32,000 nucleotides of DNA from Pseudomonadota bacterium (GTDB taxonomy: Bacteria > Pseudomonadota > Alphaproteobacteria > Acetobacterales > Acetobacteraceae): NCBI GenBank assembly GCA_021847995.1, contig JAJZNE010000005.1, positions 10,284 to 42,283 of the forward strand, in the 5' to 3' direction. Of this stretch, positions 15,997-25,012 are shown in pieces. The notes under the pieces were generated by a model. The model saw only the letters and a list, made by a program, of their open reading frames with translations, was not told the DNA's origin and did no database searches. How positions within the stretch are numbered: the stretch's first letter is position 1; each line of letters opens with the position of its first letter. A program made the translations under genes and the position numbers.

Positions 15997-17038
15997 CCGC
16001 ATCGCACCGGCCCCGCGCACGGGACACGCGACGCCGGCCGATCACGCCGCCTGCCGGATGCTGCTGCGCAACGGCTCGCGCAGCTTCCTTGCCGCCTCCC
16101 GCCTGCTGCCGGCGCGCGTGCGCGATCCGGCGATCGCACTCTATGCCTTCTGCCGGCTCGCCGACGATGCGATCGACGCCGGCGGCGACGGCGCCGCGCT
16201 GGATGCGCTGAACGACCGGCTGGACCGCGCCTGCGCCGGCCGGCCGGCGCCGATCGCGGCCGATCGCGCCTTTGCCGACGTGATGCGTGAGTTCGCCATT
16301 CCGCGGGCGCTGCCGGCGGCGCTGCTGGAGGGGTTCGCGTGGGATGCCCGCGGCCGGCGCTGCCCCGATCTTGCCGCCCTGCATGAGTATGCAATGCGCG
16401 TCGCCGGCAGCGTCGGCATGATGATGGCGCTGCTGATGGGCGCGCGCGACCCGGTCGCGCTCGCGCGTGCCGCCGATCTCGGCATCGCCATGCAGCTCTC
16501 CAACATCGCCCGCGACGTGGGCGAGGATGCGCGCGCCGGGCGGCTCTATCTGCCGCTCGCCTGGCTCGCCGATGCCGGCATCGACCCCGACATCTGGCTC
16601 GCGCGGCCCGCCTTCACGCCGGCCCTCGGCGCCGTGGTGCGGCGGCTGCTGGCGGAGGCGGCCCGCCTCTATGCCGCCGCCGATGCCGGCATCGCCGCCC
16701 TGCCCCGCACCTGCCGGCCCGGCATCGCCGCTGCCCGGCTGCTCTATGCCGCGATCGGGGAGGAGGTTCTGCGCCGCGGCGGCGACTCGGTCGCCACCCG
16801 CGCGGTGGTGCGGCCGGCCCGCAAACTGGCGCTGCTGTTGCGCGCGACCCTCGCGGCCGGCACCGCCCCGCCGGCGATGGCGGCGCCGCCCCTGCCGGCG
16901 GCGCGCGCCCTGATCGCCGCTGCCGCGGCATCGCCCGCCCATATCCCGACGCCGCGCAGCCTGGAGGAGCGGCTGCTGTGGACCGCGGCCCTGTTCGCCC
17001 GCCTCGACGGACGCGCCGGGGCGGAAGCCGGGCCCTGA
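15980..17038 (+). CDS. crtB: Phytoene synthase
   Basis: ORF 15938..17038. Motifs YAFCRLADDAID and QLSNIARDVGEDARAGRLYLP. Start uncertain (ATG 15980, 15968 or 15938). All candidates overlap the crtI 3' end; with 15980 the overlap is 17 nt. Confidence 0.9.
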   Translation: MPPPCDRIAPAPRTGHATPADHAACRMLLRNGSRSFLAASRLLPARVRDPAIALYAFCRLADDAIDAGGDGAALDALNDRLDRACAGRPAPIAADRAFADVMREFAIPRALPAALLEGFAWDARGRRCPDLAALHEYAMRVAGSVGMMMALLMGARDPVALARAADLGIAMQLSNIARDVGEDARAGRLYLPLAWLADAGIDPDIWLARPAFTPALGAVVRRLLAEAARLYAAADAGIAALPRTCRPGIAAARLLYAAIGEEVLRRGGDSVATRAVVRPARKLALLLRATLAAGTAPPAMAAPPLPAARALIAAAAASPAHIPTPRSLEERLLWTAALFARLDGRAGAEAGP

Positions 17039-17089
17039 AGGCCGGGCGCCGCGGCCGGCGTTCCCGGCCGCTGCCGCGCGGCAGCGCCA

Positions 17090-18010
17090 TCAGCGGCGCA
17101 GGATGCGGAACGGCAGCAGCGCCTGCACCCAGCGCGCCCGGAAGCGATCGAGCGACAGGCTCTCATGCACCGCCGTCGCCGCCGTGCCGAGCAGCGGAGC
17201 GGCGAGAAGCGAACGGGCGTAGAAGGGCGCGTCTTCCAGCGTGCGCAGAAGGCGCGGCGTCCCGTCGGCCCGCAGCGGGCGCGGCAGGCGCCAGCGTGTC
17301 GGCGCCAGCAGGTGCGGCGGCGGCGGCTCGATCACGGCCGCTGCGCCCGCCGCGTCGCAGGCGAGCGCGAGGCTGAGGCTACTGCCATCCCGGCGGGCCA
17401 CGTCATAGAGGATCACGGCACGGCGACCGATGCGCGCGCGGCTCCAGCTCCAGTCCCGGAAATCCGCCTCCAGCGGCGCCGCACCCCAGTTGGCATCGAG
17501 ATAGGCGCTGCCCTGCCAGCGCCAGGCCGGCCGGTCCAGCGCGACCTCGACGCGGCCGAGCGGCGCCACCGGCTGCCAACAGTGCCGTGCCGCCGCATCG
17601 AGTGCGTAGCCGTGCGTGCCGAGGGCGGCGGGGTGGAAGCGCAGCGTGCCGCGGATACGGCCCGGCCACGGCACCGTCCGCTCATCGAGCCGCATCACCA
17701 GCGCATCGCCCTGCCATTCCAGCAGGCTGTCGCCGAGCAGCATCCAGCCCGCCCCGCGGGCGAGCGCGCTGCCGTCGCGTTCGGTGAAGGCCCAGCGCCC
17801 GCCGCGCGCCCCGTACAGCGCCACGTTCAGCGCGCAATGGCGCAGCGGCTCGGCCGGCCCGCGGCGGCGCGCAGCGGCATAGGCGGGGGAGAAGACGCTG
17901 CCGACGAACGCGATAACGGTCAGCGCGAGGGCGCCGTCGTCGCTGATCGCATCGGCGTACCACCAGACATAGCCGTCCGACGGGACCGGCTGATCGAATC
18001 GAGGTCCGCC
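17090..18010 (-). CDS. crtC: Acyclic carotenoid 1,2-hydratase (hydroxyneurosporene synthase); start codon unresolved
   Basis: C-terminal part of ORF 17090..18958. CrtC signature ..RFDQPVPSDGYVWWYADAISDDGALALTVIAFVGSVFSPAY.. through ..LEDAPFYARS... The 5' coordinate given is only the upstream limit of recognisable CrtC sequence. There is no ATG, GTG or TTG in frame between 18196 and the conserved block (see findings). Confidence 0.8.
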   Translation of the reverse strand, partial: GGPRFDQPVPSDGYVWWYADAISDDGALALTVIAFVGSVFSPAYAAARRRGPAEPLRHCALNVALYGARGGRWAFTERDGSALARGAGWMLLGDSLLEWQGDALVMRLDERTVPWPGRIRGTLRFHPAALGTHGYALDAAARHCWQPVAPLGRVEVALDRPAWRWQGSAYLDANWGAAPLEADFRDWSWSRARIGRRAVILYDVARRDGSSLSLALACDAAGAAAVIEPPPPHLLAPTRWRLPRPLRADGTPRLLRTLEDAPFYARSLLAAPLLGTAATAVHESLSLDRFRARWVQALLPFRILRR

Positions 18011-19500
18011 AGCACGCGCGCCGCCGCGAGCCGCCCCGACAGCGCCGCCATCGGCACCCCCGCCCCCGGATGCACGCTGCCCCCCGCGAGATAGAGGCCC
18101 GGCAGCGTCGTCGCCGCCCCCGCCCGGCGGAACGCCGCCATCGTGCCGTGCACCGCCGTGCCGTACAGCGCGCCCCCCGTCGCCGGGAACAGGCACGCGA
18201 ACTCGGCCGGGGTCGTCACCGCCGTCGCCTGCGGGTGCAGAATGAGGCCGCAGTGCTCCAGCCGGGCGACCATCCGCGTCGTGCACTGCGCAATCTCCGC
18301 CTGGGTGAACGGGCGCGCATCGCCGACCGGCGGCGCGTTGATCAGGCACAGCAGCCGCTCCGGCGCCGCCGCCGCTCCGGCCGGCCCGGCATCGTCGCGG
18401 TCCTGGGCACAGACATAGACCGTCGCGTCCGCCGGGATGTCCGCACGCCCGAACAGGGCCGCGAACTCCGCCGCATAGTCGCGGGCGAAGAAGACGTTGT
18501 GGCGGACCAGCGGAAACCCGGTGGTGCCGGCCACCATCGCCCAGGTGACCGCGGACAGCGAGCGCGGCCCGCATGGCGCCGGCACCGAGGCCGCCGCCGC
18601 CGCACCGAAATGCCCGGCGGCAAGGGCCGCCACATCGGCGTTGGCCACCACCGCATCGGCCGCCACCGTGCTGCCGTCCGCCAGCCGGACTCCGGCGACG
18701 CGCCCCCCGGCCACCAGAATCTCCGCCACCGCCGTCCCGCATAGGAGGCGTGCGCCGCGGGCAACGGCAAGGTCGGCGAGGGCGGCGGCGAGGCGGTGCA
18801 TGCCGCCCGCGATACGCCACACCCCCTCCTGCTCGACATGCGCGATCAGCATCAGCATCGCCGACGCGGCGAAGGGAGATGCGCCGCAATAGGTGGCGTA
18901 GCGGCCGAACAACTGGCGCAGGCGCGGATCGGGGAAATGCCGCCCGAGCGCCTGCCACAGCGTGCGCAGCGGCGCGCCGGCCAGCAGCCCGCTCAGCCCC
19001 CCCGGACCGACCCGGCGCACCAGCGCGGCCGGACCGGCCAGCGGCGCGACCATGAAGCCGTCGCGCAGCACCGCATGCACGCGCGCCGCGCGCCGGCGGA
19101 AATCACGATAGCCGCGCGCCGCCGCGGCCCCCGCGAACGCGCCGATCGCCGCCTCGCTGCGACGCGGATCGGCGTAGAGGTCGAGCCGCTCCCCGGCCGA
19201 CCAGGCGTGGCGTGCCAGCACCTCCAGTCTGTGCAGCCCGACCTGGGCCGCGAAATCCGCCCCCGCCTCGGCGAACAGCGCATCGAACACCCAGCGCATG
19301 GTAAACACGGTCGGTCCGGCATCGACGGCATGGCCGGCCACCTCCAGGGTGCGCAGCTTGCCGCCGTATGTCGCGGCGCGCTCCAGCACTGTCACCTCCA
19401 GCCCGCGCGCGGCCAGCAGCAGCGCCGCGGCGAGACCGCCGATGCCGGCACCGATCACGGCCACCCCCGCGGTACTGCCCCGTCCGTCCATTCGCCCCAT
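17920..19500 (-). CDS. crtD: Hydroxyneurosporene / methoxyneurosporene desaturase (CrtI-family FAD oxidoreductase)
   Basis: 526 aa. MGRMDGRGSTAGVAVIGAGIGGLAAALLLAARGLEVTVLERAATYGGK.., C-terminal LYLAGGSVHPGAGVPMAALSGRLAA. Upstream of crtC as in other PGCs. ATG 19491 is an alternative start. Confidence 0.9.
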   Translation of the reverse strand: MGRMDGRGSTAGVAVIGAGIGGLAAALLLAARGLEVTVLERAATYGGKLRTLEVAGHAVDAGPTVFTMRWVFDALFAEAGADFAAQVGLHRLEVLARHAWSAGERLDLYADPRRSEAAIGAFAGAAAARGYRDFRRRAARVHAVLRDGFMVAPLAGPAALVRRVGPGGLSGLLAGAPLRTLWQALGRHFPDPRLRQLFGRYATYCGASPFAASAMLMLIAHVEQEGVWRIAGGMHRLAAALADLAVARGARLLCGTAVAEILVAGGRVAGVRLADGSTVAADAVVANADVAALAAGHFGAAAAASVPAPCGPRSLSAVTWAMVAGTTGFPLVRHNVFFARDYAAEFAALFGRADIPADATVYVCAQDRDDAGPAGAAAAPERLLCLINAPPVGDARPFTQAEIAQCTTRMVARLEHCGLILHPQATAVTTPAEFACLFPATGGALYGTAVHGTMAAFRRAGAATTLPGLYLAGGSVHPGAGVPMAALSGRLAAARVLADLDSISRSRRTAMSGGTPMRSATTAPSR

Positions 19501-19520
19501 AGAAAAACAGTTGACGCCAC

Positions 19521-19538
19521 TGTCAGTATGATCTGACA
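19521..19538. promoter_or_regulatory. PpsR/CrtJ-type operator in the divergent crtD / crtE control region
   Basis: TGTCAGTATGATCTGACA, perfect TGT-N12-ACA with perfect 7-bp arms CTGTCAG/CTGACAG (19520-19539). It lies in an AT-richer island between crtD (ATG 19500) and crtE (ATG 19588). Confidence 0.7.
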
Positions 19539-19587
19539 GTCAGGACCGACAAGCAAGCCTTACGTTCACCCTGCACGGAGGCGTCCC

Positions 19588-20451
19588 ATGGACATCATGA
19601 CGCGGATCGAGCGCCGTCTCGCCGCCGCCCTTGCCCCCGCCGATGACGGGCCGCCGCTGCTCGCCGCGGCGATGCGGCATGCGGTGTTTCCGCGCGGTGC
19701 GCGGCTGCGTCCGCGCCTTTGCCTCGCCGTCGCCGCCGCCTGCGCCGAGGACGCCCCCGCCGTCGCCGACGCCGCCGCCGCCGCGATCGAACTGTTGCAT
19801 TGCGCCTCGCTCGTGCATGACGACCTGCCCTGCTTCGACGACGCTGCGACGCGGCGCGGCCGGCCGACGGTGCAGTGCGCGTTCGGCGCGCCGCTGGCGG
19901 TGCTGGCGGGCGATGCGTTGATCGTGCTGGCGTTCCAGGTGCTGGGGGAGGGGGCGGCGCGGCGGCCGCAACGGCTGCCGACGCTGCTCGCCATCATCAC
20001 CGCCGCCACCGGCGCGCCCGCCGGCATCGCCGCCGGCCAGGCCTGGGAATGCGAGAAGCAGCCCGATCTCGGCCGCTACCAGCGCGCCAAGACCGGCGCC
20101 CTGTTTGCCGCCGCGACGCTGGCCGGCGCCGCCGCCGCCGGCGCACCCGCCGAACCCTGGCGCGCCCTCGGCGAGCGGCTCGGCGAAGCCTACCAGGTGG
20201 CCGACGACATCGCCGACGCGATGGCAACGCCCGAGACGCTCGGCAAGCCGGTGGGGCAGGATGCAGCGCTTGGCCGGCCCAACGCGGTCGCGGCCTTCGG
20301 GCTGGAGGGTGCCCTCTCGCATCTCGATGCGCTGGCCGAAGCTGCGGTCGCGGCGATCCCGCCGTGCCGCGGCGCCGCGGCGCTGCGCGCGCTGACGCTC
20401 CAGGAATCGCGCCGGCTGCTGCCCATCGGGCTGACCCGGCGCGTCGCCTGA
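19588..20451 (+). CDS. crtE: Geranylgeranyl diphosphate synthase
   Basis: 287 aa. Asp-rich motifs LVHDDLPCFDDAATRRGRPT and YQVADDIAD. GGAGG SD 6 nt upstream of the ATG. Confidence 0.92.
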   Translation: MDIMTRIERRLAAALAPADDGPPLLAAAMRHAVFPRGARLRPRLCLAVAAACAEDAPAVADAAAAAIELLHCASLVHDDLPCFDDAATRRGRPTVQCAFGAPLAVLAGDALIVLAFQVLGEGAARRPQRLPTLLAIITAATGAPAGIAAGQAWECEKQPDLGRYQRAKTGALFAAATLAGAAAAGAPAEPWRALGERLGEAYQVADDIADAMATPETLGKPVGQDAALGRPNAVAAFGLEGALSHLDALAEAAVAAIPPCRGAAALRALTLQESRRLLPIGLTRRVA

Positions 20452-20464
20452 ACGCCGGCCGGTG

Positions 20465-21556
20465 ATGCCACCGCGCGGCGGCCTGGCGGAGTTGCGCGAC
20501 CGGCTTCTGACCAGTCCGCGGTTCCATCGCTGGGCGGCGGCGGTGCCGCTGCTGCGTCCGGTGGCGCGGCGACGCGCCGGCGACCTGTTCGACCTCGTGG
20601 CCGGCTTTGCCTATTCGCAGGTTCTGGCGGCCGGCGTGCAGCTCGGCTTGTTCCGCCGCCTCGCCGCCCGGCCGGCGACGCTCACGGAACTGGCCGGCGA
20701 CCTCGGCCTGTCCGGGGACGCCACCGCACGGCTGCTCGATGCCGCGGTGGCGCTGCGCCTCGCCGACCGGCGCCGCGGCGGAGGCTACGGCATCGGGCCG
20801 CTCGGCGCGGCGCTCATCGCCGAGCCGGGCATCACTGCCATGATCGAGCATCATGCCATGCTCTATGACGATCTGCGCGACCCGGTGGCGCTGCTGCGCG
20901 GCGCCGCCCCGCCCGGCCGCCTCGCCGCCTTCTGGGCCTATCGCGATCCCGCTGCCGACGCCGGCCCCTACACGGCGCTGATGGCGGCGTCGCAGCCGAT
21001 GATCGCGGCCCAGGTGCTGGCCGCCTGCCGCCTGCACCGGTTCCGCTGCCTGCTCGATCTCGGCGGCGGCGACGGCAGTTTCGCGGTCGCAGCGGCGGCA
21101 GCCGCACGCCGGCTGCACGTGATCGTGTTCGACCGTCCGGCGGTCGCGGCGCAGGCCGCATCCCGCTTCGCCGCGGCCGGGCTGGGGGCGCGGGCACGTG
21201 CGGTCGGGGGCGACTTCCTCGCCGACGCGCTGCCGGCCGGCGCTGATATCGTCAGCCTGGTCCGGGTCATCCACGACCACGACGATGCCGCCGCGCGTGC
21301 CATCCTGGCCGCCGCTCACCGCGCCCTGCCGCCGGGCGGCACGCTGCTGCTCGCCGAGCCGATGGCCGGCACCCCAGCCACGGCGGCGATGGCCGACGCC
21401 TATTTCGGCTTCTACCTGCTGGCGATGCGGAGCGGCCGGCCGCGTACCCCGGCCGCACTCGCCGCCCTGCTGCGCGAGACGGGCTTCGCCCGTCCCCGCC
21501 TGCGCCCGACGCGCCTGCCGCTGCTGGCGCAGGTCATGCTCGCCGGGCGTCTGTAA
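20465..21556 (+). CDS. crtF: Hydroxyneurosporene / demethylspheroidene O-methyltransferase
   Basis: ORF 20462..21556 (GTG 20462 or ATG 20465). O-methyltransferase fold with dimerisation N-domain and SAM motif LLDLGGGDGSF. Follows crtE. Confidence 0.88.
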   Translation: MPPRGGLAELRDRLLTSPRFHRWAAAVPLLRPVARRRAGDLFDLVAGFAYSQVLAAGVQLGLFRRLAARPATLTELAGDLGLSGDATARLLDAAVALRLADRRRGGGYGIGPLGAALIAEPGITAMIEHHAMLYDDLRDPVALLRGAAPPGRLAAFWAYRDPAADAGPYTALMAASQPMIAAQVLAACRLHRFRCLLDLGGGDGSFAVAAAAAARRLHVIVFDRPAVAAQAASRFAAAGLGARARAVGGDFLADALPAGADIVSLVRVIHDHDDAAARAILAAAHRALPPGGTLLLAEPMAGTPATAAMADAYFGFYLLAMRSGRPRTPAALAALLRETGFARPRLRPTRLPLLAQVMLAGRL

Positions 21557-21595
21557 GATTTGCTTGACAGCCCCAAGAGTCAGTCTAGGCTGACA
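21552..21595 (+). promoter_or_regulatory. bchC promoter region with two PpsR/CrtJ-type palindromes 8 bp apart
   Basis: Site 1 is TGTAAGATTTGCTTGACA (21552-21569), a perfect TGT-N12-ACA containing TTGACA (21564-21569). Site 2 is AGTCAGTCTAGGCTGACA (21578-21595), with one mismatch and GTCA-N8-TGAC perfect, containing TAGGCT (21586-21591) 16 nt after the TTGACA. Confidence 0.75.
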
Positions 21596-21637
21596 CTCGA
21601 CGCGCCGCACCGAAGCGGACGGGAGGATCGGTCAGGA

Positions 21638-22579
21638 ATGCATGCCGTCGCCGTCGTACTGGAACAGCCCGAGCGACTGGCCCTGAGCCGGCTCGATCTG
21701 ACCGCGCCGGGTCCGGCCGATGTCGTGGTCGAGACCGCCTGGAGCGGCATCAGTGCCGGCACCGAGCGGCTGTTGTGGTCGGGCCGCATGCCGCCCTTCC
21801 CGGGCCTCGCCTATCCGCTGGTGCCCGGCTACGAGGCGGTCGGGCGCATCGTCGCGGCCGGCCCCGACTCGGGCCGCCGCCCCGGCAGTTTCGTCTTCGT
21901 CCCGGGTGCCCGCTGCTTCGGCCCGGTGCCGGGCCTGTTCGGCGCCGCCGCCTCCTGCCTCATCGTGCCGGGCGCTCGCACGGTGCCACTCGACCCGGCG
22001 GTCGGGGAGCGTGGCGTGCTGCTGGCGCTCGGCGCCACCGCCTGGCACGCGATCGCGGCCCCGCTCGCCGCCCTGCCCGATCTGATCGTCGGGCATGGCG
22101 TGCTCGGCCGGCTGCTGGCGCGGCTGGTGCTGCTCCAGGGCGGCGCCGCGCCGGTGGTATGGGAAACCAACCCGACGCGCATGGCAGGCGCCACCGGCTA
22201 TCGCGTCTGCCTGCCCGATGACGATCCACGACACGACTACCGCGTGATCTGCGACGCGAGCGGCGATGCCGGCCTGCTCGACGCCCTGATCGGCCGCCTC
22301 GCCGCGGGCGGGGAGATCGTGCTGGCCGGATTCTATGCCGAGCGCCTCGGCTTCGCCTTCCCGCCCGCCTTCCTGCGCGAGGCGCGCCTGCGCATCGCCG
22401 CCCAGTGGCAGCCGGGCGACATGCAGGCGGTGCGCGCGCTGATCGACGACGGCCGGCTCGATCTCGACGGCCTCGTGACCCATCGCCGCCGCGCCGCCGA
22501 GGCCGCGGACGCCTACCGCACCGCCTTCGCCGATCCCGCCTGCCTGAAAATGGTCATCGACTGGAGAGCGCACGCATGA
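21638..22579 (+). CDS. bchC: Bacteriochlorophyllide a dehydrogenase (Zn-ADH family)
   Basis: ORF 21560..22579 trimmed to ATG 21638 ([69 protein letters not shown]..), 313 aa. GGGAGGA SD 10 nt upstream. Confidence 0.9.
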   Translation: MHAVAVVLEQPERLALSRLDLTAPGPADVVVETAWSGISAGTERLLWSGRMPPFPGLAYPLVPGYEAVGRIVAAGPDSGRRPGSFVFVPGARCFGPVPGLFGAAASCLIVPGARTVPLDPAVGERGVLLALGATAWHAIAAPLAALPDLIVGHGVLGRLLARLVLLQGGAAPVVWETNPTRMAGATGYRVCLPDDDPRHDYRVICDASGDAGLLDALIGRLAAGGEIVLAGFYAERLGFAFPPAFLREARLRIAAQWQPGDMQAVRALIDDGRLDLDGLVTHRRRAAEAADAYRTAFADPACLKMVIDWRAHA

Positions 22580-23517
22580 ACGCCATCGCCGACATCCCGT
22601 CGCACGGCGCCACCCCGACGCAGATCATCGCGATCTATGGCAAGGGCGGCATCGGCAAGAGCTTCACGCTCGCCAACCTCTCCTACATGATGGCGCAGCA
22701 GGGCAAGCGCGTGCTGCTGATCGGCTGCGACCCGAAAAGCGACACCACCGCGCTGCTGTTCGGCGGACGTAGCTGCCCGACCATCATCGAGACCTCCTCG
22801 CGCAGGAAGGCGGCGGGGGAGACAGTGAAGATCGGCGACGTGTGCTTCAAGCGCGACGGCGTGTTCGCGATGGAGCTGGGCGGGCCGGAGGTCGGGCGCG
22901 GCTGCGGCGGTCGCGGCATCATCCACGGCTTCGAACTGCTGGAGAAGCTCGGCTTCCATCAGTGGGGCTTCGACTACGTGCTGCTCGACTTCCTCGGCGA
23001 CGTGGTGTGCGGCGGCTTCGGCCTGCCGATCGCGCGCGACATGTGCCAGAAGGTCATCGTGGTCGGCTCCAACGACCTGCAATCGCTCTACGTCGCCAAC
23101 AACGTGTGCTCGGCGGTCGAATATTTCCGCCGGCTCGGCGGCAATGTCGGCGTCGCCGGCCTCGTCATCAACAAGGACGACGGCACCGGCGAGGCGCAGG
23201 CGTTTGCCGCCGCCGCCTCCATCCCGGTGCTCGCCGCCATCCCCGCCGATGACGACATCCGGCGCAAGAGCGCGAGCTACGAGATCGTCGGCCAGCCAGG
23301 CGGACGCTGGGGCGCGCTGTTCGAGGCGCTCGGCGCTGCGGTCGCCGAGGCGCCGCCGCTGCGCCCGACGCCGCTGAGCCAGGCGGATCTGCTCGGCCTG
23401 TTCAAGGGCGATGCCGTCGGCCGCGGCGTCGTGCTCGATCCGGCGACCGAGGAGGATATGTGCGCGGCCGTCCCGCTCGTGCGTCCCTCGCTCGAAGTGA
23501 TCTACGAGGGCGCGTGA
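22576..23517 (+). CDS. bchX: Chlorophyllide a reductase, iron protein subunit X
   Basis: ORF 22405..23517 trimmed to ATG 22576 (ATGA overlap with the bchC stop): [58 protein letters not shown].. 313 aa, NifH/BchL-like. Confidence 0.92.
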   Translation: MNAIADIPSHGATPTQIIAIYGKGGIGKSFTLANLSYMMAQQGKRVLLIGCDPKSDTTALLFGGRSCPTIIETSSRRKAAGETVKIGDVCFKRDGVFAMELGGPEVGRGCGGRGIIHGFELLEKLGFHQWGFDYVLLDFLGDVVCGGFGLPIARDMCQKVIVVGSNDLQSLYVANNVCSAVEYFRRLGGNVGVAGLVINKDDGTGEAQAFAAAASIPVLAAIPADDDIRRKSASYEIVGQPGGRWGALFEALGAAVAEAPPLRPTPLSQADLLGLFKGDAVGRGVVLDPATEEDMCAAVPLVRPSLEVIYEGA

Positions 23518-23519
23518 GC

Positions 23520-25010
23520 ATGGACGCCCTTCCCGACACCGGCGGCTGCCACGGCGGGCGCGACACGCTTCAGGCCGCGGCCCGTGCCGCCGGCAAGAAC
23601 GAGACGATGGACCGCCTGCTCGCCGATTATCCGCGCGGGCCGCACGATCAGCCGCAATCGATGTGCCCGGCCTTCGGGGCGCTGCGCGTCGGCCTGCGCA
23701 TGCGCCGCACCGCAACCATCCTCTCCGGCTCGGCGTGCTGCGTCTACGGCCTCACCTTCACCTCGCATTTCTACGGCGCCCGCCGCACCGTCGGCTATGT
23801 GCCGTTCAACTCCGAGACGCTGGTGCGCGGCCAGCTTTACGAGGACATCCGCAACGCCGTCGTGGCGACGGCGCGGCCCGACGAGTATGACGCTGTCGTC
23901 GTCATCAATCTCTGCGTGCCGACCGCTTCCGGCGTGCCGCTCGACCGGCTGCCGCGCGCGATCGACGGCGTGCGCGTGATCGGCATCGACGTGCCCGGCT
24001 TCGGCGTGCCGACGCATGCCGAGGCGAAGGACGTGCTGGCCGGCGCCATGCTGCGCTACGCCCATGCCGAGGCCGCCGCCGGTCCGGTGCCGCGCCCGCG
24101 CGACATGGCCGGCGAAGCGCGCAGCATCGCCCTGATCGGCGAGCTGTTTCCCGCCGATCCGATCGGCATCGGCGCGCTGCTGGCGCCGATGGACCTCGTG
24201 GTCGCACCCGCGACGCCGGCGCGCGAATGGCGCGATCTCTACGGCGCGCTCGGCTGCACCGCCGCCGCCGCCGTCCATCCCCACTACACCGCCGCGGTGC
24301 GCGTCTTCCGCGACGCCGGGCGCAAGGTGGTCGGGTCCGGCCCGGTCGGCAGCGAGGGCACCGACGCCTGGCTCGCCGCGATCGGCGCCGCCGCCGAGGT
24401 GCCGGCGGCCAGGATCGCGGCGGCGCGGGAACGTGCGCGCGCCGCGGTCGGCGCGGCGCTGGCGGCGAACCCGATCGCCGCGCGCATCACCGTCTCCGGC
24501 TACGAAGGCTCGGAACTGCTGGTCGCACGCCTGCTGGTCGAAGCGGGGGCGGAAGTGCCCTATGTCGGCACCGCCTGCCCGCGCACGGAATGGAGCGAGC
24601 CGGATCGCGCCTGGCTCGCCGCGCACGGCACGCATGTCCAGTACCGCGCCGCGCTGGAACAGGATCTCGCCGCGATGCGCGAGGTGCGGCCCGATCTCGC
24701 CCTCGGCACCACGCCGCTGGTGCAGAAGGCCAAGGAACTCGGCATTCCCGCCCTCTATTTCACCAACATCGTCTCCGCCCGGCCGCTGTTCGGCGCCCCC
24801 GGCGCGGCGGCGCTCGCCGGCATCGTCGCGGCGCAGACGAGCGGGCGGGAGCGGTTCGCGCGCATGGTGTCGTTCTTCGGCTCGGTCGGCGCCGGCGAAG
24901 CTGCCGGCTACGGCTTCGATGGCGTGCCGCAGGAGCCGCCGGGCCTGCGCGAGCGCATGCGGCGCGCCCGCGCCGCACAGGCGAAAGCCGCCGAAGCAGT
25001 GGGAACCTAG
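23520..25010 (+). CDS. bchY: Chlorophyllide a reductase subunit Y
   Basis: ORF 23460..25010 trimmed to ATG 23520 ([89 protein letters not shown]..), 496 aa. GTG 23514 (GTGA on the bchX stop) is an alternative start. Confidence 0.9.
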   Translation: MDALPDTGGCHGGRDTLQAAARAAGKNETMDRLLADYPRGPHDQPQSMCPAFGALRVGLRMRRTATILSGSACCVYGLTFTSHFYGARRTVGYVPFNSETLVRGQLYEDIRNAVVATARPDEYDAVVVINLCVPTASGVPLDRLPRAIDGVRVIGIDVPGFGVPTHAEAKDVLAGAMLRYAHAEAAAGPVPRPRDMAGEARSIALIGELFPADPIGIGALLAPMDLVVAPATPAREWRDLYGALGCTAAAAVHPHYTAAVRVFRDAGRKVVGSGPVGSEGTDAWLAAIGAAAEVPAARIAAARERARAAVGAALAANPIAARITVSGYEGSELLVARLLVEAGAEVPYVGTACPRTEWSEPDRAWLAAHGTHVQYRAALEQDLAAMREVRPDLALGTTPLVQKAKELGIPALYFTNIVSARPLFGAPGAAALAGIVAAQTSGRERFARMVSFFGSVGAGEAAGYGFDGVPQEPPGLRERMRRARAAQAKAAEAVGT

Positions 25011-25012
25011 CC

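Noticed and set aside
17070-17085. Palindrome GCTGCCG-CG-CGGCAGC in the 51-nt gap between convergent crtB and crtC, considered as a bidirectional terminator.
   Set aside because: It gives only about a 6-bp usable stem with a minimal loop and no U-tract on either strand. Such palindromes are common in GC-rich DNA, so it is too weak to call.
18080-18085. A G6 run (C6 on plus) forming a G-GGG-GGC slippery-like heptamer in crtD that could give a -1 frameshift into the crtC frame, producing a CrtD-CrtC fusion.
   Set aside because: Shifting here would delete the conserved CrtD C-terminal FAD-fold motif (GGSVHPGAGVPMAALSG). It would also insert about 25 residues of junk before the CrtC block. I saw no downstream stimulatory structure.
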